Assembly (NCBI GenBank): GCA_964491975.1
Contig: CAZBHM010000001.1
Coordinates: 1-56,709 of the forward strand
Direction: 5' to 3'
Source of the DNA: an uncultured Lachnospiraceae bacterium
GTDB taxonomy: Bacteria > Bacillota > Clostridia > Lachnospirales > Lachnospiraceae
Length of the DNA stretch: 56,709 nt
Shown: in pieces, positions 46,583 through 55,313 of the stretch
Position numbering within the stretch: position 1 is the stretch's first letter
How the letters are laid out: every line of letters starts with the position of its first letter
Notes under the pieces: model-generated
The model's database searches: none
What the model was told of the DNA's origin: nothing
What the model saw: only the letters and a program-made list of their open reading frames with translations
Translations under genes and position numbers: made by a program

Positions 46583-47917
46583 ATGGGTAAAGCAACATTT
46601 AAAGGCGGAATACACCCATATGAGGGCAAGGAGCTTTCTAAGGACAGACCAATAAGGGTACTGCTTCCTAAGGATGAGGTGGTATTCCTTATGTCGCAGC
46701 ATATAGGAGCTCCCGCAACACCTGCGGTGGCAGTTGGCGACAGAGTGCTTGTGGGGCAGATTATCGGTGCTGCAAGCGGATTTGTTTCAGCTAACGTGGT
46801 ATCCTCGGTATCAGGTACTGTTAAGGCGGTTGAACCGCGGCTTGCGGCAAATGGTGATAAGGTTAATGCAGTTATCGTGGCTAATGACCATGAGTATGCC
46901 ACTGTGGAGAACTTTGGAAAGCCCAGAGATTACCGGAGGCTGTCGAAGGAACAGATAAGAGAAATTATAAAGGATGCGGGTATAGTAGGCATGGGCGGTG
47001 CAGGTTTCCCGACACATGTTAAGCTTACTCCGAAGGACGATGATGCCATAGAGTATGTTATTATAAATGGTGCGGAGTGTGAGCCATATCTTACATCAGA
47101 TTACCGGATGATGATTGAAGAGTCTGAAAGACTGGTTAACGGTCTTAAGGTAATTTTAAGTCTTTTTACAAGAGCGAAGGGTGTAATTGCCATAGAGGAT
47201 AATAAGCCTGATGCGATTGAAAAGATACAGAAGCTTATTCTTAACAATCCGGATATAAGTGTGTGCCCACTTAAGACGAAGTATCCGCAGGGCGGTGAGC
47301 GTTCTCTCATTTATGCAGTTACGGGAAGAAAGGTTAATTCATCCATGCTCCCGGCTGATGCGGGCTGTGTAGTAAGTAACGTGGATACGGCCATTTCAAT
47401 CGGGATGGCTGTAAATGAGACGACTCCGCTTATAAGAAGAATTGTTACGGTTACCGGTGATGCGATTGATGAGCCGTGTAATTATAGTGTGCGAATCGGC
47501 ATGAGCTACAGAGAGGTACTTGATGAGGCAGGCGGTCTTAACGGACCTGCAAAGAAGATTATTTCGGGCGGACCGATGATGGGTACGGCACTTTTTTCAC
47601 TTGATGTCCCTGTTGCAAAAACAAGCTCGGCACTTCTTTGTCTTAAAAAGGATGCAGCAACAAAGCCTGAAAATGCATGTATACGATGTGGACGCTGCGT
47701 GAGTGTGTGTCCGGGGCATATTGTGCCACAGAAGGCTGCCGATGCCGCCCTGCATGATGATGTTGAAGGCTTTATTAAGCTTGGCGGTCTTGAATGCTGT
47801 GAGTGCGGCTGTTGTACTTATGTATGTCCGGCAGGAAGAAATCTTACACAGGCACTTAAGGAAATGAGAAAAAAGGCTCTTATGAGCCGTAAAAACGGAG
47901 GGAAGAAAGTTGAGTGA
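46583..47917 (+). CDS. rnfC: Rnf electron transport complex subunit C
   Basis: 444 aa. GMGGAGFPTHVKL, plus two 4Fe-4S motifs CIRCGRCVSVCP and CCECGCCTYVCP. First gene of the rnfCDGEAB order. Confidence 0.93.
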   Translation: MGKATFKGGIHPYEGKELSKDRPIRVLLPKDEVVFLMSQHIGAPATPAVAVGDRVLVGQIIGAASGFVSANVVSSVSGTVKAVEPRLAANGDKVNAVIVANDHEYATVENFGKPRDYRRLSKEQIREIIKDAGIVGMGGAGFPTHVKLTPKDDDAIEYVIINGAECEPYLTSDYRMMIEESERLVNGLKVILSLFTRAKGVIAIEDNKPDAIEKIQKLILNNPDISVCPLKTKYPQGGERSLIYAVTGRKVNSSMLPADAGCVVSNVDTAISIGMAVNETTPLIRRIVTVTGDAIDEPCNYSVRIGMSYREVLDEAGGLNGPAKKIISGGPMMGTALFSLDVPVAKTSSALLCLKKDAATKPENACIRCGRCVSVCPGHIVPQKAADAALHDDVEGFIKLGGLECCECGCCTYVCPAGRNLTQALKEMRKKALMSRKNGGKKVE

Positions 47918-48887
47918 CATGTATAATGTATCGGCATCTCCTCATGCCAGAAGTAAAGCCACAACTCAGAGAATAATGCTTGACGTTGCGATTGCATTAG
48001 TGCCGGCAGGGGCGTTTGGAATTTACAGATTTGGAATAAGGGCACTTCTTGTAATGTTTGTGTGTATTGCAGGAAGTATACTCACTGAATTTACTTATGA
48101 AAAGCTGATGAAAAAGAAGGTTACCATAACGGATGCAAGTGCGCTGGTCACAGGAATGCTTCTTGCATATAACCTTCCGGTGGGATTGCCTCTCTGGATG
48201 GCGCTTCTTGGAAGTATGTTTGCAATTTTAATTGTAAAGATGGTATTTGGCGGTCTTGGACAGAACTTTATGAATCCGGCACTTGGCGGCAGAGCTTTTC
48301 TTGTGGCTTCTTTCGGAAGCTATATGAATGATTTTTCGGCGGGAGCCGATGTAGTAAGCGGTGCTACCCAAAAGGCAGCTGACGTGGTAAGCAGTGCAAC
48401 TCCACTTGCATCGCTTAAGGCAGGAGAAGCTGTTAATATTTTAGATATGTTTATCGGTAATATTAATGGTACAATTGGTGAGGTATCTGCGTGCTGTATT
48501 CTTATCGGTGCAGCTTATCTTGTCATAAGAAGGGTTATTAGCTTAAGGATTCCGTTAACCTACATATTAAGCTTTGCCGTATTTATGCTCATATTCGGCG
48601 GAAGGGGCTTTGATGTTTCTTTTCTGCTTTCGCACATTCTTGGCGGCGGTCTTATGCTGGGAGCCTTTTTCATGGCTACAGATTATGTGACGAGTCCGAT
48701 TACCGTTAAGGGACAGATTATTTTTGGCATATTTTTAGGTATTCTTACAGGTATATTCAGAACCTATGGCGGTTCAACAGAGGGTGTGTCCTATGCAATC
48801 ATCATTGGCAATCTTTTAGTGCCGCTTATTGAGAAGATTACTCTTCCCACACCTTTTGGAAGGGAGGGCCGTAAGCATGAAAAATAA
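47910..48887 (+). CDS. rnfD: Rnf complex subunit D (NqrB/RnfD family)
   Basis: 325 aa polytopic protein. The FMN-attachment-type motifs SGAT and SSATPL are present. TTG start 8 nt after GGAGG, overlapping the rnfC stop. Confidence 0.9.
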   Translation: MSDMYNVSASPHARSKATTQRIMLDVAIALVPAGAFGIYRFGIRALLVMFVCIAGSILTEFTYEKLMKKKVTITDASALVTGMLLAYNLPVGLPLWMALLGSMFAILIVKMVFGGLGQNFMNPALGGRAFLVASFGSYMNDFSAGADVVSGATQKAADVVSSATPLASLKAGEAVNILDMFIGNINGTIGEVSACCILIGAAYLVIRRVISLRIPLTYILSFAVFMLIFGGRGFDVSFLLSHILGGGLMLGAFFMATDYVTSPITVKGQIIFGIFLGILTGIFRTYGGSTEGVSYAIIIGNLLVPLIEKITLPTPFGREGRKHEK

Positions 48888-49491
48888 AGAGACGATAGTT
48901 AATGCACTTATTCTTATGGCAATCACACTTGTATCAGGTTTTCTTTTAGGGTTTATGAATGACCTTACGTCAGAGCCTATTGAAAAGAATCGTAATGAAC
49001 AGATACTTATGGCCAACAAGGCTGTGTTTCCTTCGGCAGACAGCTTTGAGGAAACAGAATCGAATAAGGCAGCAGTTGCAAATTCAGCGGAATTTATTGC
49101 TAAATCGGATATAAATGTCGGTAAGGTTACGATTAATGAGCTAAAGGAAGCAAGGGATGCTTACGGCGAAAAACTTGGATATCTTGTGACAGTAACCTCG
49201 CACGAGGGCTATGGCGGTGATATTACCATAGTTCTTGGAATTGATAATGATGGAAAGGTGCTCGGCATTGAGTTTACCACACTTGATGAGACGGTAGGCT
49301 TTGGCGCATCTGCATCCGAGCCTTGGTTTAAAAACCAGTTTGCCGGTAAAGAAGGACAGATTTCCTATACTAAAGGTGAACAGGCGGCAGATAATGAAAT
49401 AAAGGCAATCAGTGGTGCAACAAAGACGACGAAGGCGGTTACTAATGCGGTAAACGCTGCCATATTCTTTGTAAATGCAGGGCTTAAGTAG
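48877..49491 (+). CDS. rnfG: Rnf complex subunit G (FMN-binding)
   Basis: 204 aa from MKNKETIVNALILMAITLV (N-terminal anchor). FMN_bind motif ISGATKTTKAV. The ATG at 48877 follows GGGAGGG and overlaps the rnfD stop. Confidence 0.9.
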   Translation: MKNKETIVNALILMAITLVSGFLLGFMNDLTSEPIEKNRNEQILMANKAVFPSADSFEETESNKAAVANSAEFIAKSDINVGKVTINELKEARDAYGEKLGYLVTVTSHEGYGGDITIVLGIDNDGKVLGIEFTTLDETVGFGASASEPWFKNQFAGKEGQISYTKGEQAADNEIKAISGATKTTKAVTNAVNAAIFFVNAGLK

Positions 49492-49502
49492 GAGGCATCG
49501 GT

Positions 49503-50213
49503 ATGAATAAATATTTAGAACGTGTATATAATGGTGTGATTAAGGAAAACCCTACATTTGTGCTCATGCTTGGTATGTGTCCCACACTTGCGGTTACCGT
49601 TAATGCCATAAGTGGTCTTCAGATGGGACTTACCACGGCGGCAGTGCTTATTATGTCAAATTTTATTATTTCACTGTGCAGGAAGATTATTCCGGATAAA
49701 ATTCGAATACCGGCATATATCGTAATTGTAGCCACATTGGTTACGGTGGTTGAGCTTCTTTGTGAGGCATACCTTTATTCGGTATATGAGACACTGGGAC
49801 TTTATCTTCCGCTTATTGTTGTTAACTGTATTATTCTTGGCCGTGCAGAAGCATATGCTTCCAAAAATGCGCCGTTACTTTCGGCTTTTGACGGACTTGG
49901 CATGGGACTTGGCTTTACGCTTGGTCTTACATCAATCGGTCTGGTAAGAGAGCTGCTTGGTGCGGGAACAATATTTAATTTTCAGATTATTCCTGATGCA
50001 ATTGAGCCGGTTAAGATTTTTATCCAGCCTGCGGGAGCATTCTTTGTACTTGCATTCCTTACCATGCTTCAGAATGTATTTAAGCTTAAATCTGCTACCA
50101 ATACGGAGGGCAGTGTGGAGAATAAGCTTGCATGCGGCGGTAATTGTATGGAGTGTAACGGCTTTCAGTGTGTTGCCAATAAAGAGGCTCTTGCAGAAAA
50201 AAAGGATAATTAA
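49503..50213 (+). CDS. rnfE: Rnf complex subunit E
   Basis: 236 aa, six TM helices. LGLYLPLIVVNCIILGRAEA is the RnfE/NqrD signature. The C-terminal Cys-rich tail is CGGNCMECNGFQC. Confidence 0.9.
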   Translation: MNKYLERVYNGVIKENPTFVLMLGMCPTLAVTVNAISGLQMGLTTAAVLIMSNFIISLCRKIIPDKIRIPAYIVIVATLVTVVELLCEAYLYSVYETLGLYLPLIVVNCIILGRAEAYASKNAPLLSAFDGLGMGLGFTLGLTSIGLVRELLGAGTIFNFQIIPDAIEPVKIFIQPAGAFFVLAFLTMLQNVFKLKSATNTEGSVENKLACGGNCMECNGFQCVANKEALAEKKDN

Positions 50214-50229
50214 GAGAGAAGGTTAAGCT

Positions 50230-50802
50230 ATGGAATACATTAGTATATTGATTGTTTCATCATTGGTAAGTAATGTTGTACTCAGCCGCTTTTTAGGATT
50301 GTGTCCTTTCCTTGGCGTGTCGAAAAAGGTAGAAACGGCAACCGGTATGGGTGCGGCAGTATTATTTGTTATCACGATTTCATCACTTGTGACTAGTCTT
50401 TTATATACATTTGTGCTTGAACCGCTGGGACTTGGATATCTTAAGACGATTGTATTTATACTTGTAATTGCGGCGCTGGTTCAGTTTGTTGAGATGGTAC
50501 TTAAGAAGAGTATGCCGGGACTTTATCAGGCACTTGGAGTATATCTTCCGCTTATTACAACAAACTGTGCAGTTCTTGGTGTTTCACTTACCAACGTGCA
50601 GAATGGCTACAATCCGATTCAAAGTGTTTTAAACGGTGTTGGAACGGCGGGCGGCTTTCTTATTGCCATAGTAATTCTTGCAGGCATCAGAGAGCGTATT
50701 GAGTATAACGATATACCCAAGGCACTTAAAGGGTCACCTATCGTACTTATTACGGCAGGGCTTATGGCAATTGCATTTGCCGGCTTTGCGGGACTGGTAT
50801 AG
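50230..50802 (+). CDS. rnfA: Rnf complex subunit A
   Basis: 190 aa, six TM helices. LGVYLPLITTNCAVLGV is the RnfA/NqrE signature. Confidence 0.9.
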   Translation: MEYISILIVSSLVSNVVLSRFLGLCPFLGVSKKVETATGMGAAVLFVITISSLVTSLLYTFVLEPLGLGYLKTIVFILVIAALVQFVEMVLKKSMPGLYQALGVYLPLITTNCAVLGVSLTNVQNGYNPIQSVLNGVGTAGGFLIAIVILAGIRERIEYNDIPKALKGSPIVLITAGLMAIAFAGFAGLV

Positions 50803-50811
50803 GAGGAAAAC

Positions 50812-51612
50812 ATGAATTTTCTGGGAATATTAATAGCAGCAGCACTGGTTGGCGGACTTGGTATAGTAATAGGACTTTTGCTTGGCGTGGCAGGAGAAAA
50901 GTTCAAGGTTGAAGTGGACGAGAAAGAGGTCGCGGTAAGAGAGCTTCTTCCGGGCAATAATTGCGGCGGCTGTGGTTTTGCAGGCTGTGATGCGCTTGCA
51001 AAGGCAATTGCAGAGGGTGAGGCAGCCGTAAATGCATGTCCTGTAGGCGGAGAAGCCGTAGGCTCAAAAATAGCCGAAGTTATGGGTGTTGAGAGTGCCC
51101 CGGGTGAAAGAATGGTGGCATTTGTAAAATGTGCAGGAACCTGTGACAAGTCAGAAGACAAGTATAATTATTTTGGTATAAGTGACTGCAGGATGGCATA
51201 TGTAGTGCCGGGACATGGTGATAAAAAGTGCAGCTATGGCTGTATGGGACTTGGCTCATGTGTAAAGGCATGTCCGTTTGATGCAATACATATTGTAAAC
51301 GGAGTGGCATTTGTTGATAAGGAAGCCTGTAAGGCATGTGGCAAATGTGTGGCAGCCTGTCCTAAGCATCTGATTGAGCTTGTGCCCTACAGCGCAGAAT
51401 ATAAAGTAAACTGCAGCTCTAACGATAAGGGTAAGGCAGTTAAGGATGCATGCCTGGCAGGCTGTATAGGCTGTTCACTCTGCGCAAAGAACTGTCCATC
51501 GGGAGCGGTTAAGGTTGAGAATAATCTTGCAAAGATAGATTATTCACTTTGTACCAATTGCGGTACATGCGCCACAAAATGTCCGGTTAAGATAATTCAC
51601 GGTAACAACTGA
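50812..51612 (+). CDS. rnfB: Rnf complex subunit B (polyferredoxin)
   Basis: 266 aa. N-terminal TM, CGGCGFAGC cluster, and several CxxCxxCxxxCP motifs (CKACGKCVAACP, CIGCSLCAKNCP, CTNCGTCATKCP). Confidence 0.9.
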   Translation: MNFLGILIAAALVGGLGIVIGLLLGVAGEKFKVEVDEKEVAVRELLPGNNCGGCGFAGCDALAKAIAEGEAAVNACPVGGEAVGSKIAEVMGVESAPGERMVAFVKCAGTCDKSEDKYNYFGISDCRMAYVVPGHGDKKCSYGCMGLGSCVKACPFDAIHIVNGVAFVDKEACKACGKCVAACPKHLIELVPYSAEYKVNCSSNDKGKAVKDACLAGCIGCSLCAKNCPSGAVKVENNLAKIDYSLCTNCGTCATKCPVKIIHGNN

Positions 51613-51643
51613 TAATAATTAAAATGTATGAAAAGGAGTCGTT

Positions 51644-52027
51644 ATGATAAAGCGAAATGATATACTGCTGATACTGGGACTGATAATTTTAACGGCAGCA
51701 GGTATGATTGCAAGGAGCTTGTATTTTAACGGCTCCTCTGATTATGTGGAAATATGGCAGGATGGCAGGCTTACTGCGGCTTATCCGCTTGGTGTGGACA
51801 GGGAAGAGATATTTAAGAATGGTGAAGAAAATGGCGGGGGATATAATATTGTCACAATAAAGAATGGGGAAGTGTGTATAAGTAAGGCAGACTGCCCTGA
51901 CAGGAACTGCGTTCATAAGGGCGCGGTATCAGAGCTTAATGAAACTATTATATGCCTTCCGCATAAGCTTGTGGTTAAGCTGTGCGGAAACAAAAAGGGC
52001 ACTGCGCCGGATATTGTGGCAGAATAA
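51644..52027 (+). CDS. NusG domain II-containing membrane-anchored protein
   Basis: 127 aa. An N-terminal TM is followed by a beta domain with NIVTIKNGEVCISKADCPDRNCVHKG...IICLPHKLVV, the pattern I associate with the NusG_II family. Confidence 0.65.
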   Translation: MIKRNDILLILGLIILTAAGMIARSLYFNGSSDYVEIWQDGRLTAAYPLGVDREEIFKNGEENGGGYNIVTIKNGEVCISKADCPDRNCVHKGAVSELNETIICLPHKLVVKLCGNKKGTAPDIVAE

Positions 52028-52091
52028 GCTTCCGGGCATGGCAAAGGGCATTTGCACCGGAACATATGATTAAAAGAAACAGAGGTTAATT

Positions 52092-53291
52092 ATGAAAGAG
52101 AATTATAAAGGCACAACCATAGCCTGTTTTATCGGATATATAGTGCAGGCGATTGTCAATAACTTTGTTCCGCTTTTGTTCGTGACATTTCAGAACAGTT
52201 ATCAGATTTCATTGTCTAAAATAACGGCACTCATAACAATTAATTTTATCGTGCAGCTCTTTGTAGACATGCTTTCAGCGGGTTTTGTAGACAAAATAGG
52301 TTACCGTACATCCATAATTATGGCACATGTATTTTCAGCAGCAGGACTTATCCTGCTTACTTTTTTGCCGGAGCTTATGCCGGCTTCGCATACATTTGTG
52401 GGAATTGTGATTCCTGTTGTTATATATGCGATGGGCGGAGGACTTTTAGAGGTGCTTATAAGCCCGATTATTGAAGCCTGTCCTAACGATAATAAGGAAA
52501 AGGCAATGAGTCTTTTGCATTCATTTTATTGCTGGGGACACGTAGGAGTGGTGCTCATATCTACAGCGTTTTTTGCAGTTGTGGGAACCTTTGGGTGGAA
52601 GTATCTTGCGATTATATGGGCATTAGTTCCGGCTTTTAATATAATTTTGTTTGCCAGAGTTCCCATATATTCACTTGATGATGAGAATGTGCAGGGACTT
52701 ACAATAAAACAGTTTTTTAAAAAGCCTGTTTTCTGGGTTCTTATGCTTATGATGATGTGTGCCGGTGCATCTGAGCAGTCAGTCAGCCAGTGGGCTTCTA
52801 CATTTGCCGAGCAGGGACTTGGTGTCAGTAAAATGGCAGGTGACCTTGCAGGACCGATGGCATTTGCGGCTTTTATGGGTATGTCAAGGCTTATATATGG
52901 CAAATTCGGACATAAGTTAAATCTTAGCCGATTTATTAAATACAGCTGCATTCTCTGCATTATATCGTATTTGTGCATTGCCCTTGTACCGGTGCCGCAA
53001 ATCAGCCTTATGGGGTGTGCGGTATGTGGTTTTTCAGTGGGCATTTTCTGGCCGGGAACATACAGCAGGGCGGCATCAATCATAAAAGGCGGTAATACTG
53101 CGTTATTTGCTCTGCTTGCACTTGCGGGAGATTTGGGCTGTTCGGCAGGACCGGCACTCGCAGGGCTTGTGTCAGATGCTGCCGGAGATAATCTTCGTAT
53201 GGGGATACTTGCCGTAGTCATTTTCCCTGTATTACTGCTTGTGGGTGTATGGCTTCTGACCGGCAAAATTACTGCTTTCTGTAAGTCTTGA
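52092..53291 (+). CDS. MFS transporter
   Basis: 399 aa, about 12 TM helices with two-fold MFS architecture. Substrate unknown. Confidence 0.8.
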   Translation: MKENYKGTTIACFIGYIVQAIVNNFVPLLFVTFQNSYQISLSKITALITINFIVQLFVDMLSAGFVDKIGYRTSIIMAHVFSAAGLILLTFLPELMPASHTFVGIVIPVVIYAMGGGLLEVLISPIIEACPNDNKEKAMSLLHSFYCWGHVGVVLISTAFFAVVGTFGWKYLAIIWALVPAFNIILFARVPIYSLDDENVQGLTIKQFFKKPVFWVLMLMMMCAGASEQSVSQWASTFAEQGLGVSKMAGDLAGPMAFAAFMGMSRLIYGKFGHKLNLSRFIKYSCILCIISYLCIALVPVPQISLMGCAVCGFSVGIFWPGTYSRAASIIKGGNTALFALLALAGDLGCSAGPALAGLVSDAAGDNLRMGILAVVIFPVLLLVGVWLLTGKITAFCKS

Positions 53292-54591
53292 CAAGCAGCG
53301 GAAGTTCGGCTATAAGCATGCCAATCCAGCCGGCAAGGTAAGAAAACGGAAGTGCTTCTATGCCGAGGTTTAAGCCAAATACCAGTGCGGTAGCGATTAA
53401 AACACGTACACCCATATTGATAAAGCTGCTTATGAGAGTGATTTTAAGGTCACCGATTCCCCTGAAAAAGCCTTGTATTCCGTTAGTAAAGGCAGGAAGG
53501 ATATACATTATGGAAATCAGGTGAAGGTAAGTCACACCGTGATTTATTACTTCTGTGTCTTTGCCGAAAAGCTTCATGAGAGGGCGGGCAAAGATAAAGC
53601 ATATTGCAAAAATGGCAACTCCATATATTGCTTCTAATATGATACCGCAGCAAAAGCCCTCCCGCATGCGGTCTTTTTTGCCTGCGCCCTTATTCTGCGC
53701 CATCAGTGCGGTCATGGCATGCGCAATATTCTGTTCTGGTATGTAGGCAAAGTCGTCTATACGGTTAACAGCAGTGAAGGCAGCAGAAACGGCCACACCC
53801 ATGGTATTAACAATTGCCTGGATGCCAAGCTTTCCAAGCTGTACGGTTGCCTGCTGCATGGCAGATGCCCAGCCGTAAGCAACGGTTTTCTTTAGTAATG
53901 AAGAGTCGAATACAAGCCATTTTCTGCCAAGGCGGAGAATAGGTACTTTTTTCTGAATATAAATAATGCAGAAAAGGCAGCAGAGAGCTTCACTTATAAC
54001 GGTGGCAATCGCACAACCGCTGCTTCCTGCATCCAGAATGATAACGAAAAATAAATCTCCGAAAATATTAAAAACTGCACTTATAATTAAGAAGTATAGA
54101 GGAGAATTACTGTCCCCGAGTGCTCTTAATGTGCTTGAGAAAAAGTTATATAAAAACGTAAATACAAGTCCGATAAAAATAATGCGCAGATACTGTGTGG
54201 TAATACCAAGAATCTCAGGGTCTACCTGCATCAGTTTTAAAATCGGTACGGCAAATATAATACATATAACTGTTAAAAAAATGGAAAATATGACACCTGA
54301 GAGCATGGTAGTGCTTATCTGCCGCTTTAGCGTGTCATATTCCTTTGCACCGTACTGTGTGCCCATAAGAATCCCCGCACCCATACAAAGACCATTTAAA
54401 AATAAAATCATAAGAGTGCTTATGGGATTACATATGCCGACAGCGGCAAGTGCTTCCTTGCCGACGAAGTGTCCGACTATGATACTGTCTACGGCATTGT
54501 ATGTAAGCTGAAACAGATTGCCAAGTATCAGAGGAATCGTGAATTTTATTAAAAGAGGCATAATTTTACCGGTTGTCATATCCTTTGTCAT
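53269..54591 (-). CDS. MATE family efflux transporter
   Basis: 440 aa. N-terminal PLILGNLFQLTYNAVDSIIVGHFVG and 12 TM helices. The 3' end overlaps the MFS 3' end by 23 nt. Confidence 0.88.
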   Translation of the reverse strand: MTKDMTTGKIMPLLIKFTIPLILGNLFQLTYNAVDSIIVGHFVGKEALAAVGICNPISTLMILFLNGLCMGAGILMGTQYGAKEYDTLKRQISTTMLSGVIFSIFLTVICIIFAVPILKLMQVDPEILGITTQYLRIIFIGLVFTFLYNFFSSTLRALGDSNSPLYFLIISAVFNIFGDLFFVIILDAGSSGCAIATVISEALCCLFCIIYIQKKVPILRLGRKWLVFDSSLLKKTVAYGWASAMQQATVQLGKLGIQAIVNTMGVAVSAAFTAVNRIDDFAYIPEQNIAHAMTALMAQNKGAGKKDRMREGFCCGIILEAIYGVAIFAICFIFARPLMKLFGKDTEVINHGVTYLHLISIMYILPAFTNGIQGFFRGIGDLKITLISSFINMGVRVLIATALVFGLNLGIEALPFSYLAGWIGMLIAELPLLVKTYRKQ

Positions 54592-54688
54592 GATGAAAAC
54601 TCCTTTATTAATCTGATTGCTGCAAAGCTATTTGTATTAAAAAACACTGCAATCTTATATTAAATATGTTTAGGAAAAATGTCAAGAT

Positions 54689-54706
54689 GTTGTTGATAAC
54701 AACAAC
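54689..54706. promoter_or_regulatory. Inverted repeat GTTGTTG-ATAA-CAACAAC in the MATE / Gx-transporter divergent intergenic region
   Basis: 7-bp perfect arms with a 4-nt spacer, roughly 85-100 nt from both divergent start codons. Candidate operator; no cognate regulator gene is adjacent. Confidence 0.3.
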
Positions 54707-54788
54707 TGGAACTTAGGTGCGTTTAATACTTGTTTTTTTGCCTGTTATGTGACATAATAAAAGGTATATACGAGGATTGGAGATATTT

Positions 54789-55313
54789 ATGCAAAGACGA
54801 AGTTACCAAAAAGCGGTATGGGGCGGAATGATGGTTGCACTTGCATTTATACTAGGCTATATCGAATTTTTGATACCGCTTCCTACAGGCATACCCGGAG
54901 TTAAATTAGGACTTGCCAATCTTGTAATATTTGCGGCAGTTTATCTTATGGGGGCAGGGGAAGCATTTACAATTATGGCGGTGAGGGTTTTGCTCACGGC
55001 ACTTACCTTTGGTAATCTGTTTTACGGGCTGTTTAGTATTGCAGGAGGAGTTTTAAGTCTTTTGGTGATGCTTTTTTGCAAAAAAAGACAGATATTTGGA
55101 ATGGTGGGTGTAAGTGTAGCCGGCGGAGTGAGCCATAATGCCGCACAGATACTGGTGGCCGTGGCGGTATTAGAAATGCCGGAGCTTGCGTGGTACTTTC
55201 CGGTGCTTCTTTTCTCAGGAACTGTGGCAGGAGCAGTCATAGGATTTACCGGCGGACTTTTGCTTGAAAGGGTAAGCGGAATTTATAATAGAGGTGCTAA
55301 TAATGAAATATAG
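54789..55313 (+). CDS. Gx transporter family protein (heptaprenyl diphosphate synthase component I-like membrane protein)
   Basis: About 174 aa with five TM helices. The N-terminal motif IPLPTGIPGVKLGLANLV is typical of this family. The ATG at 54789 follows GGATTGGAG. Confidence 0.65.
   Translation: MQRRSYQKAVWGGMMVALAFILGYIEFLIPLPTGIPGVKLGLANLVIFAAVYLMGAGEAFTIMAVRVLLTALTFGNLFYGLFSIAGGVLSLLVMLFCKKRQIFGMVGVSVAGGVSHNAAQILVAVAVLEMPELAWYFPVLLFSGTVAGAVIGFTGGLLLERVSGIYNRGANNEI

Noticed and set aside
46270-46902. 210-aa minus-strand ORF spanning the UDPGP / rnfC junction
   Set aside because: It overlaps two well-supported plus-strand genes and their intergenic RBS. Its composition is low-complexity and it has no start context.
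50619-51161. 180-aa minus-strand ORF across rnfA/rnfB
   Set aside because: It is antisense to conserved Rnf subunits. The Pro/Ser/Ala-rich mirror frame has no support.
52526-53266. 246-aa minus-strand ORF inside the MFS transporter gene
   Set aside because: It is antisense to a 12-TM MFS gene. The Pro/Ala/Ser-rich translation has no domain signature or RBS, so this is a chance open frame.
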